Both the position numbers and the translations under genes were made by a program. Of a stretch of 30,184 bases of DNA, positions 19,597 through 27,498 are shown in pieces (within the stretch, counting starts at the first letter, position 1; each line of letters begins with the position of its first letter). The notes beneath the pieces were generated by a model. That model was not told where the DNA came from. It ran no database searches and saw only the letters and a list, made by a program, of their open reading frames with translations. This DNA comes from a virus. Its lineage: Duplodnaviria; Caudoviricetes. Where the stretch lies: IMG/VR virus record IMGVR_UViG_3300042328_000098, positions 1 to 30,184 of that record. One strand, given 5' to 3'.

Positions 19597-21356
19597 AAAA
19601 TCTCACAGTACGCAACTTTATGAGTGTAGGTAATGCTACACAGGCCGTAGACTTTGATCGTAGAGACCTCACTTTGGTCTTAGGCGAAAACATTGATTTA
19701 GGTGGTGATGACAGTGGAGCACGTAATGGTACAGGTAAAACTACTATCATTAACGCACTTAGCTATGGTCTATACGGCACAGCACTTACTAACATTAAAA
19801 AAGATAACTTAATCAACAAAACCAATGCCAAAGGTATGTTGGTTACTATTGATTTTGAAGTTAATGGCGAAAGTTATCGTATCGAGCGTGGGCGCAAACA
19901 TAATGTACTTAAATTCTATATCGGTGATGTAGAGCGAGAAAGCAAAGACGATAATAGTCAAGGTGATAGCCGCGAAACACAAGCCGAAATTGAACGCTTG
20001 TTAGGAATGTCGCATGACATGTTTAAACACATTGTAGCTCTTAACACTTACACAGAGCCGTTCTTAAGTCTTAAAGCAAATGAACAACGCACCATTATCG
20101 AACAGTTACTCGGTATTACTCTACTATCAGAAAAGGCAGATGCGCTTAAAGAACAGGGTAAAGCTACTAAGGACGCAATTCAACAAGAAGAGTTCAATAT
20201 TAAGGCGATTACTGACGCAAATGGCCGTATTCAAGAGCAAATTGAGAGCCTAAAGCGTCGACAAACTATGTGGACTACCAAACATGCAGAAGACGTAACA
20301 AAACTGCAAAATGCCTTAGATGAACTATTAAAGATCGATATCGATAGTGAAATACAAGCACACAAAGACCTTACAGCATATAATCAAAAGCGTAAGGATT
20401 TAGGTGACTTAGATAAAGCTATCCTACGTGCTGACGCAGATTGTGTTAGAGAACAAAAGCTCGTAGACAAGACAGAAAAAGAAATTAGTGACTTAGAAGC
20501 GCACACTTGTTATGCTTGTGGGCAAACATTCCACGATAATAAACATGAAGAAGTGTTAGCAGGTAAAAGGGCTATCTTAGCAGAAGCACACCAACAGTAC
20601 ATTGAGTTGTTTGGTCAACTACAATTATTCCAATCAACTAGAAAAGAACTAGGCGAATTAGGCCAACAACCAAAAGTATTCTACGATAAAGAAGAAGATG
20701 CTATTCATCATCGTAGCACTGTAGCAAGCCTACAAACACAGTTAGCAGGTAAACAGGCAGAAACTGATCCTTATGATGAACAGATTGAGGAAATGAAGAC
20801 TACTGCCCTAGCTGAAATTGATTATGGTGTAATGAATGAGCTAATGCGTGTTAAAGAACACCAAGAGTTCCTATTAAAATTATTAACAAACAAAGATTCG
20901 TTTATACGTAAACGTATTATTGATCAGAACTTAAGCTATTTAAATGCACGCTTAGGTTATTACCTAGATAAGATTGGCTTGCCGCATAGCGTTAAGTTCT
21001 TAAACGATCTGAGTGTTGAGATTCAAGAACTAGGCAGAGAGTTAGATTTTGATAACTTAAGTCGCGGTGAACGTAATAGACTTATCCTTAGCTTATCGTG
21101 GGCGTTCCGTGATGTGTGGGAAAGTTTATATCAACCAATTAACCTATTGTTTATTGATGAGCTTGTTGATTCGGGTATGGATACATCAGGTGTCGAAAAT
21201 GCCTTGGCTATCCTTAAGAAAATGACTAGAGAGAATAATAAGTCCATCTGGTTGGTGTCGCATAAAGATGAACTAGCAGGTCGCGTAAACAATATTTTAA
21301 CAGTAGTTAAAGAAAACGGGTTTACCACTTATAACACCGATGTAGAAATAAAGTAA
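19584..21356 (+). CDS. gp46: Recombination ATPase subunit, gp46 / Rad50-SbcC family (590 aa)
   Basis: Walker A NGTGKTT, zinc hook CYACGQ in the coiled coil, signature LSRGE, Walker B LLFIDE, D-loop SGMD, H-loop VSH. Confidence 0.95.
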   Translation: MFRIKNLTVRNFMSVGNATQAVDFDRRDLTLVLGENIDLGGDDSGARNGTGKTTIINALSYGLYGTALTNIKKDNLINKTNAKGMLVTIDFEVNGESYRIERGRKHNVLKFYIGDVERESKDDNSQGDSRETQAEIERLLGMSHDMFKHIVALNTYTEPFLSLKANEQRTIIEQLLGITLLSEKADALKEQGKATKDAIQQEEFNIKAITDANGRIQEQIESLKRRQTMWTTKHAEDVTKLQNALDELLKIDIDSEIQAHKDLTAYNQKRKDLGDLDKAILRADADCVREQKLVDKTEKEISDLEAHTCYACGQTFHDNKHEEVLAGKRAILAEAHQQYIELFGQLQLFQSTRKELGELGQQPKVFYDKEEDAIHHRSTVASLQTQLAGKQAETDPYDEQIEEMKTTALAEIDYGVMNELMRVKEHQEFLLKLLTNKDSFIRKRIIDQNLSYLNARLGYYLDKIGLPHSVKFLNDLSVEIQELGRELDFDNLSRGERNRLILSLSWAFRDVWESLYQPINLLFIDELVDSGMDTSGVENALAILKKMTRENNKSIWLVSHKDELAGRVNNILTVVKENGFTTYNTDVEIK

Positions 21357-21380
21357 TATATAAAGTATAGGGAGAATACT

Positions 21381-21551
21381 ATGGCAGTTAAGAAAAAAGG
21401 CAATCCTATGCAGACACGTACAGGCAAACCTAGACTAGGCCCGCTTAACGTTACGCAACTAACAGCACTGTTAGAAAAAACGCAACAAAAGAAAAACAAA
21501 GCAAAGATTTCAAAAGAAATTGCTCGTAAACAAGCAATGTTACAACACTAA
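21381..21551 (+). CDS. Small, highly basic hypothetical protein (56 aa, below the ORF-track cutoff)
   Basis: MAVKKKGNPMQTRTGKPRLGPLNVTQLTALLEKTQQKKNKAKISKEIARKQAMLQH; SD GGAG upstream; fills the gap exactly, with its stop adjoining the next SD (TAAGGAG). Confidence 0.75.
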   Translation: MAVKKKGNPMQTRTGKPRLGPLNVTQLTALLEKTQQKKNKAKISKEIARKQAMLQH

Positions 21552-21562
21552 GGAGAAGTAAA

Positions 21563-21754
21563 ATGGCAACAACACATGAACAAATCGTAGCAGCATATGA
21601 TGCATACCTGGCAGAAAATGAGAAGTTTGAAGGCAAAGGCGTGGGCGCAGCAGGAACACGTGCTCGCGGCGCACTAGGCGACCTAGGCAAATTAACTAAA
21701 GCTCGTCGTGCAGAAATCCAAGAGAAGAAAAATGCTGCCAAGGCAACGAAATAA
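21563..21754 (+). CDS. Histone H1-like nucleoid protein, Hc1 family (63 aa)
   Basis: EKFEGKGVGAAGTRARGALGDLGKLTKARRAEI resembles the Hc1 core KGNKAAG.RAR..L..L.K..K..R; strong SD AAGGAG. Confidence 0.7.
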   Translation: MATTHEQIVAAYDAYLAENEKFEGKGVGAAGTRARGALGDLGKLTKARRAEIQEKKNAAKATK

Positions 21755-21757
21755 ATA
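21752..21757 (+). promoter_or_regulatory. Late promoter TAAATA, 5 nt upstream of the GIY-YIG ATG
   Basis: AATAAATA-GACTT-ATG, no SD; overlaps the upstream stop codon. Confidence 0.5.
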
Positions 21758-21762
21758 GACTT

Positions 21763-22197
21763 ATGGCATATGAATATCCTTGGACGTACAATGGTGTAAT
21801 ATTTGACTCTGAGGATATTCAAACCTATTATGGCTTTATATATAGAATAACAAACACAGTAAATGGTCATGATTATATTGGCCGCAAGTACTTTACTACC
21901 ATCAAAAAGAGACCACCTCTAAAAGGCAAGAAAAATAAACGACACGAAGTCATAGAAACAGACTGGAAAGATTATTGGGGCTCATCACACCGCTTAATAG
22001 AAGATATTGAGCAACTAGGCAAAGAGAAATTTACTCGTGAGATTATACATCTGTGTAGCTCAAGAGGCGAAACTAATTACTTGGAAGCCTATTACCAATT
22101 TAAGGAAAGTGTCTTGTTGCGTGAAAACAACTACAACGGCATTATTCAACTTAAACTTGGTAAAAATTCCGTAAAAGATTTAAAAATTACAAAATAA
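21763..22197 (+). CDS. Stand-alone GIY-YIG nuclease (Seg-like catalytic domain only, 144 aa)
   Basis: GFIYRITN...YIGRK, DWKDYWGSS, FTREII, NYLE, YNG motifs; no NUMOD or HTH extension; resembles the short GIY-YIG gene conserved in many T4-like phages. Confidence 0.85.
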   Translation: MAYEYPWTYNGVIFDSEDIQTYYGFIYRITNTVNGHDYIGRKYFTTIKKRPPLKGKKNKRHEVIETDWKDYWGSSHRLIEDIEQLGKEKFTREIIHLCSSRGETNYLEAYYQFKESVLLRENNYNGIIQLKLGKNSVKDLKITK

Positions 22198-22204
22198 CAA
22201 ATTA

Positions 22205-22660
22205 CAGCCACTAATGCAGATGTGATCTGTGTCATGAGGGGATCGTGCTACGTTTAAGTACCGCACGTGGAACGTGTAGATAAGACTACACACATGACGG
22301 CAATGGCAATATCAATAGGTGTAAAAGCCGAATGATCCAGGCTCCGTAACATATCGACCTGGGAGCAAAACGACAGTTGGCTAACTACGACTGTATGAGC
22401 TACCGCCAGAGAAATCTAGAGTAGGGGGTACAGGCTGACCGCCTCCGTGCTATTGAAAGCAATCTCTTATAGTTAGTGTGACGCAGTACTCGGATGATGC
22501 GGCGGTTGCAATTTGCCTCGGACAGGTAAATTGTGACTGATATCTGGATGATAACGTTTAAGAGCTTACATTAATTCAAAGTAAATTAACTTAATAAAGA
22601 ATAGAAGAAAAGGCTTTAGAGCGAAAGCGATAAAGCAGATGTCGTAAGACATCTTTCTTG
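22205..22660 (+). ncRNA. Candidate large structured non-coding RNA, family unassigned
   Basis: ORF-free, GC-richer than its flanks over 22205-22555, with many nested stems, G-U wobbles favouring the + strand, GNRA tetraloops and an 8-bp loop-to-distal pairing (see findings). Confidence 0.6.
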
Positions 22661-22661
22661 T
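22637..22661 (+). terminator. Possible intrinsic terminator ending the GIY-YIG/ncRNA transcript
   Basis: AGATGTC-GTAA-GACATCT followed by TTCTTGT, an imperfect U tract. Confidence 0.4.
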
Positions 22662-22755
22662 ATAGAATATAATAAAGAATATACTATACAAATGGATTAG
22701 TCTAACATACATGCCACACAAACTGTGTTGTATGGAATATAATGATTATTATGTC

Positions 22756-22790
22756 AAACAAAAAGGACATAGCTGTTAGACTATGTCCTT
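22756..22790 (-). terminator. Intrinsic terminator after the small membrane protein gene
   Basis: Minus strand AAGGACATAG-TCTAACAG-CTATGTCCTT followed by TTTGTTT, about 22 nt after the stop at 22813. Confidence 0.8.
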
Positions 22791-22812
22791 CCTAGAACTC
22801 AGAAAAAACTAA

Positions 22813-23046
22813 TTATTTGTTTTTCCAAATTGAATACAGTACCCACACTGCCACCAAACCAACAACACCTTCTGCTCCTAATGATTTAACAATCGCTGTT
22901 ACACCACCAATAACATCTGTCGCTGGTAAGAATGGGATAGCTGCTCCCTTGAATAATACTTCTAGAACGATAGCTAAAGCTAGTACACTAACTATCGTAT
23001 CAGCAAGGGCGCCTGCCCAGTTCTTAATTGTTGCTAAGATTTCCAT
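22813..23046 (-). CDS. Small integral membrane protein (77 aa)
   Basis: Hydrophobic helices IVSVLALAIVLEVLF and GVVGLVAVWVLYSIW, basic C-terminus; SD GGAGG; TAAATA at 23093-23098 and its own terminator. Confidence 0.8.
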   Translation of the reverse strand: MEILATIKNWAGALADTIVSVLALAIVLEVLFKGAAIPFLPATDVIGGVTAIVKSLGAEGVVGLVAVWVLYSIWKNK

Positions 23047-23132
23047 TAATAGGACCTCCGTTATACCAACACTGTTTGCACAGTGGGTAAGCTATTTAGA
23101 GTTTATGCAATGGAATTAATATGGTTACTTAA

Positions 23133-23363
23133 TTAGAAGAATGGCAAATGACTCTTTTGAGTGGTTTCTAAGTTGTCTTTTACTATTTTGTTGATGATTT
23201 CTTTTTCTGTATTGCTTAACAGCATACTATCGTCATAAGATAACCCACCACGCATATACCAACACATACGCAACGCATCATCTTTAAGGGCTCTTATGTC
23301 CTTGTCGTAACCTTCAATTAAGGCCACAACTTCGGCGTTATCTAAGACTAAGAGCCTTTTCCG
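23133..23363 (-). CDS. gp51-like / tail chaperone second segment, probably reached by -1 frameshift from the upstream gene
   Basis: LRMCWYMRGGLSYDDSMLLSNTEKEII core; only a GTG start (23327) with no SD; the frame is open back to the slippery site. Confidence 0.7.
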   Translation of the reverse strand, partial: RKRLLVLDNAEVVALIEGYDKDIRALKDDALRMCWYMRGGLSYDDSMLLSNTEKEIINKIVKDNLETTQKSHLPFF

Positions 23364-24214
23364 AAAAAACTTGCAAAGTCAAACACGATATCAATCTCAA
23401 AGGCTTTGCTACATTCTTCATTGCCACAGGTTACTGTAAATGGTTTAATATTGGCCTGTTTGTTATATTCGTCTAATCGAGCTTTAACGGCCTTAACGGT
23501 TTTATTATCGCAGTTTGAGTAGAATTCTTTAATGTAACTACTATCGATTACTAGTTGACCATCTTCTAATTCAATACTTTCTGTACTGTCTGCAGCAATC
23601 ATGATGTTAAGATCAATTAGTTTGTTTAACTGACTGTTGAATTTTGTCTGTACATCTTCGGCAGAATCGCCAGCCTGCTGTAGTGATCTTAATAATTGTT
23701 GTTCTTCAAAGGCAATGATATTAGTTTTATTAAGGCTAAAGTAAGGTTGTGGACGCAGTTTGATCTTAAGATCGTCAACCTCGATGACCTTTTTATAATT
23801 TGGAGTTTCAATACCATTTAACACTACACCTAGGTCAATAGCATAGTCGTGTTCTGTTTCGCAATGCGGACATGTACTTGAGAAATCCATCTTATTACCG
23901 TAGCTGGCAATACGTATAGCAATAATAACGCTGTCTACGTCGATGCTGGGCATATTCCATGCATCTTTAATATTTGGACAGCAACTATGTATTACATCGA
24001 TAACACCCTGTCCGTTTAACAGTGCATCTGGTGTTCGTAAAATAATTTCATCTTTGGTGCTCATTGCTAGAATAGGCAACTCGCCGGTCATTGACAATTC
24101 TAAACTGCCTTCTGGCCAATATTGCCCGCGGCTAGGTAGTTTAGTGTAGATCACTGGTTGTCTAAAGTGTCTAGCCAGTGGATTAGTTAAATTAGACGAT
24201 TGCGTTTGAGTCAT
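23348..24214 (-). CDS. Baseplate hub assembly / tail assembly chaperone, T4 gp26-like (288 aa)
   Basis: YTKLPSRG..W, MSTKDEIIL, DVDSVIIAIRIASYG, CPHC and C-terminal CGNEEC...ASFF; adjacent to the tape measure gene. Confidence 0.7.
   Translation of the reverse strand: MTQTQSSNLTNPLARHFRQPVIYTKLPSRGQYWPEGSLELSMTGELPILAMSTKDEIILRTPDALLNGQGVIDVIHSCCPNIKDAWNMPSIDVDSVIIAIRIASYGNKMDFSSTCPHCETEHDYAIDLGVVLNGIETPNYKKVIEVDDLKIKLRPQPYFSLNKTNIIAFEEQQLLRSLQQAGDSAEDVQTKFNSQLNKLIDLNIMIAADSTESIELEDGQLVIDSSYIKEFYSNCDNKTVKAVKARLDEYNKQANIKPFTVTCGNEECSKAFEIDIVFDFASFFGKGS
23363..23369 (-). other. Slippery heptamer T TTT TTC (putative programmed -1 frameshift)
   Basis: In-frame X XXY YYZ pattern four codons before the TAG of 23348..24214; the -1 frame joins the downstream ORF. 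Confidence 0.7.
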
Positions 24215-24224
24215 GATTATTTCC

Positions 24225-24258
24225 TATAAATAGTTGATAGTACCGTATATTATATTTA
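24225..24258. promoter_or_regulatory. Face-to-face late promoters: TATAAATA (+, 24225-24232) and TAAATA (-, 24253-24258)
   Basis: Both cores sit in the 73-nt gap between the divergent gp26-like and tape measure genes. Confidence 0.6.
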
Positions 24259-24287
24259 TGGTGGCTAAAACTGAGGTTTATAAAAGT

Positions 24288-26897
24288 ATGGATGAACAAA
24301 AAGCACAACAGATATTAGATTTTTTTGAGCGTTGGGGCACTAACACCGAAGAAGCATCTGAAATCTATAAAAAATCCAACAAATCTGCACAACAATTTCA
24401 AAAAGAAATTGACAACCTAACCAAGTCATCTAAGAAACAAGCAGCTTCGTATTCTGATATGAAGAAAAAGATGCAAGAACTTGATGATGCAATGGAAGAG
24501 TTAAGCGAGTCCACTGATGCAGCTTCTGCGGCCGAAAACCAAGCTAAGAAAGTTGTCCTACAAAAAATGAAAGCCGATTTAGCGGCTGAAGCGGCAACAA
24601 AAGCTCTAAGTGAAGCAACACGTAAAGCTACTAACGAGATGGTTGGTCGCACTATTCAAGGAACCGGACAATTTGTAAAAAGCCTACAAGCGGATGCTAG
24701 CGGTACAGCATTAGCCACTGAGCTAATGGTAATGGGCATTGATGTTGCTGGTACAGCAGCTAAGGGTGTAGGACGAACCCTAAATGCCTTTGGTGATGCT
24801 GCTATCGCTGCAGGTGTTGCTACCGAAGGCCTTGGATTTATTGTTGGCGGCGCAATGAAAATATTAGGCACTGCATTAGATGCAGGTGCTGAAACAATGT
24901 CTAAACTAGCTAAGTTTGGAGTCGAAGTTTTAAGTAAGGAAGTAGAAAAATCATACAAAGCATTTAATCAAATGAATTCGTCAGGTGCACTGTTTTCTAA
25001 CGGATTACAGGGTATGCGAGATGCGTCACTTAGTGCCGGATTAACGGTTGAGCAGATGTCGAATGTTATAAAAGTTAACAGCTCATCTATTGCAGCCAGT
25101 GGATTGGGAGTAACTGAAGGTACTAAACGCATTGGTGGTGCATTTAGAGCAGGCGGAGACGCTTTAAAAAATCAATTATTTAATTTAGGATTCGGAGTTG
25201 AAGAACAAGTTGGATTAATATCCGACGTCACTAGACAACTACGTATAACCGGTAAGACTATCAATGATAAAGATGTTGCTGAACAAACTAAAAAATACGC
25301 AGAAAATCTGCGTACTATTGCTAATATCACCGGCGAAGATGCTAAGAAAAAGATGGAAGAAGCCGAAGCTTCTTCACGAGAGTTAATATTTAGACAAAAA
25401 GTAGCACAAGCCGGTTATGATATGACTGATGTAATTGCCTCAATGGCAGGCATGAATGAAGTCCAAAAGAAAAACTTTATGGATCGTGTAGCATCTGAAG
25501 GTGCAGTTATTAACGAACACGGTGCTATGATGAATGCGCAGGTTAAAGGATTTAGAGAGCAAGGGCAAGATCTATACAAATCCTTTAAAGACGGTTCATT
25601 GTCACTAGATGTAGTTAAAAACTCAAATGCCAAATATGCTGAAGTACAGAATAAGAGTATTATGGCCAATCAAGCTCTAGGTAGAGCGGGATATTTTGCT
25701 GGTGAAGAGGTAGGGGAGTTAACTAAGTCGATGTCTAATTTAGTCGACTTTAACAATAAAAATACCAAAGCTGCTGCAGATAACAGTAAAGCAGTGGGTG
25801 AAGCCGCAACTACTCAAGACGGATTGACTACTAGTCTAATAGGCGCTGAAAAAGCTGCCCAGGGAATGAAAGTTAAACTGCAAGAAATGATGGATGTGCC
25901 CATTAAGCATTTTGCTGAAGTAAGTGAAGCAATGTTAACTGAAGTATCAAATATGTTAGCTAGCATGGGCATGGGCAAGGGCGGAGTAGGATCTAATCAA
26001 GTAAACAATAATGTTGCTGCCGCAGAAAATAAAACAAAAGCTGCAGACAAAGCACTTGAAGATCAATATAAAAAAGCAGGGTATTCTAACAAATATACTG
26101 GGGCTATGTTTGCTAACAGCAAAGATGTTCAAAAAGCAAGACAAGATGCTAAAGTAGCAGATGAACAAGAAGAAAAAATTAAGCGTGCTAGAGTAGAATA
26201 TCTAACGGGTATGAATGCTGTTAAAAAACGTCTGCAAAATGACGCAGATGAAAAGAAATACGGTATAATGGGGTCGTTGGGCATTAAAGGTGGGGCAGAA
26301 GTAGACAAAACTAAACTAGCAACTGCACTTACAGAATACAATAAAGACTTTGCAACATTAGAAAACTCGTTAGATCCTGCACAAAGTAAACAACGTTTAG
26401 AATATGCTAAGATGCTAGGCATGACTAAAGAAAGCAACTATGCACCTAAAGTTACGATGCACGATAAAGGTGGTCGCATTGGTGCTGGTAGACTAGGTAT
26501 TGCTGGTGAAAACGGACCAGAACTTATTGGTGGCCCGTCTAGTGTACTGAGTACAGCAAGTACAGAAAAACTAATAATAGCTATTGATGCTATGCGTGAA
26601 ATGAAAGGCACACGCATGGGCGCAAACGATTTTGACTGGCAGGTAGGCATGAGTGAAGGCCGTATGGCCACACTTAAAGACCGTGTAAAAGGCTTTGAAG
26701 GATTTGATGCTAACCAACTGCAAGAAGAGTTTATGAAACGCCCAGAAGCGTCACCTATTAAAAATGCAATGAAACAAATGGATGACGATGAACGTAACGA
26801 CAGTGCTGCAGAAGCCGCTGCTCACTTGGCTGAAATTGCTAATTTAATGAGACAAAACGTAGATCATACCGCTAGAGTAGCAGCTAATACTAACTAA
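24288..26897 (+). CDS. Tape measure protein (about 869 aa; start revised to ATG 24288)
   Basis: Long Ala/Gly/Lys-rich helical protein with an N-terminal coiled coil and the C-terminal tape-measure-type motif KGGRIGAGRLGIAGENGPELI; SD GAGG upstream; next to the chaperone pair. Confidence 0.75.
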   Translation: MDEQKAQQILDFFERWGTNTEEASEIYKKSNKSAQQFQKEIDNLTKSSKKQAASYSDMKKKMQELDDAMEELSESTDAASAAENQAKKVVLQKMKADLAAEAATKALSEATRKATNEMVGRTIQGTGQFVKSLQADASGTALATELMVMGIDVAGTAAKGVGRTLNAFGDAAIAAGVATEGLGFIVGGAMKILGTALDAGAETMSKLAKFGVEVLSKEVEKSYKAFNQMNSSGALFSNGLQGMRDASLSAGLTVEQMSNVIKVNSSSIAASGLGVTEGTKRIGGAFRAGGDALKNQLFNLGFGVEEQVGLISDVTRQLRITGKTINDKDVAEQTKKYAENLRTIANITGEDAKKKMEEAEASSRELIFRQKVAQAGYDMTDVIASMAGMNEVQKKNFMDRVASEGAVINEHGAMMNAQVKGFREQGQDLYKSFKDGSLSLDVVKNSNAKYAEVQNKSIMANQALGRAGYFAGEEVGELTKSMSNLVDFNNKNTKAAADNSKAVGEAATTQDGLTTSLIGAEKAAQGMKVKLQEMMDVPIKHFAEVSEAMLTEVSNMLASMGMGKGGVGSNQVNNNVAAAENKTKAADKALEDQYKKAGYSNKYTGAMFANSKDVQKARQDAKVADEQEEKIKRARVEYLTGMNAVKKRLQNDADEKKYGIMGSLGIKGGAEVDKTKLATALTEYNKDFATLENSLDPAQSKQRLEYAKMLGMTKESNYAPKVTMHDKGGRIGAGRLGIAGENGPELIGGPSSVLSTASTEKLIIAIDAMREMKGTRMGANDFDWQVGMSEGRMATLKDRVKGFEGFDANQLQEEFMKRPEASPIKNAMKQMDDDERNDSAAEAAAHLAEIANLMRQNVDHTARVAANTN

Positions 26898-26927
26898 TTA
26901 AAATTTATAGCAAACTATAATTTTAGT

Positions 26928-26940
26928 TAAATAATAAATA
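26928..26940 (+). promoter_or_regulatory. Tandem TAAATA late promoter cores upstream of the endonuclease/portal unit
   Basis: TAAATA at 26928-26933 and 26935-26940. Confidence 0.55.
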
Positions 26941-26957
26941 CAACCTAGGTTAAACAA

Positions 26958-27497
26958 ATGACAGAATTTTATGTTTATCAATACGTAGACAAAGAAGGAA
27001 ACCCTTATTATATTGGTAAAGGTAAAGGCAATAGAATTAACGTTAAACATAAGTTTACAGAAGTACCTGATATAGAACAACGCCAAATTTTAAAAAATAA
27101 TTTAACAGAAATAGAAGCGTTAATATTAGAAAATACACTTGTAAGAATGTATGGTAGAAAACTCGACGGCGGTATATTAGATAATATAAAACTAAATCAA
27201 TGGGCTTGCTTATCAGGGTGGACGCATTCAGAAGAAACTAAAAAACGCATATCTGCTAATACAAAAGGAATTCTGAAATCAGAATCTACTAAACAAAAAA
27301 TGCGTAAACCTAAAACTAAAGAGCATTGTGAAAAAATCAAACTAGCAAATTTAGGCAGGAAAGATGACGGTAGATATACAAAAGTTGGTGCTACTAAACG
27401 CACACAACGGTGGTATACAAATGGAGTAATAACAAGAATGTTTAAACCCGGAAATGAACTAGCTGACTTTGTATTAGGTCGAAAGGTAGGTATGTAA
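26958..27497 (+). CDS. Free-standing GIY-YIG homing endonuclease with NUMOD3 motifs (179 aa)
   Basis: FYVYQY...PYYIGKGKGNR, E..L...YGRK, GILDN; HSEETKKRIS and KTKEHCEKIK repeats; RWYTNG tail motif. Confidence 0.88.
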   Translation: MTEFYVYQYVDKEGNPYYIGKGKGNRINVKHKFTEVPDIEQRQILKNNLTEIEALILENTLVRMYGRKLDGGILDNIKLNQWACLSGWTHSEETKKRISANTKGILKSESTKQKMRKPKTKEHCEKIKLANLGRKDDGRYTKVGATKRTQRWYTNGVITRMFKPGNELADFVLGRKVGM

Positions 27498-27498
27498 A

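Noticed and set aside
21451-21870. 139-aa minus-strand ORF
   Set aside because: Antisense to three + strand genes with good translation signals or motifs; its hydrophobicity mirrors Lys-rich codons on the + strand.
22424-22470. HDV-like ribozyme starting GGGGGTA
   Set aside because: No complementary P1 3' strand follows the putative P3/L3; hammerhead CUGAUGA/GAAA cores and group II domain V are also absent.
22198-22800. tRNA, tmRNA or CRISPR array in the large intergenic region
   Set aside because: No cloverleaf with a GTTCRA T-loop, no tmRNA ends, and no regularly spaced repeats beyond one duplicated motif.
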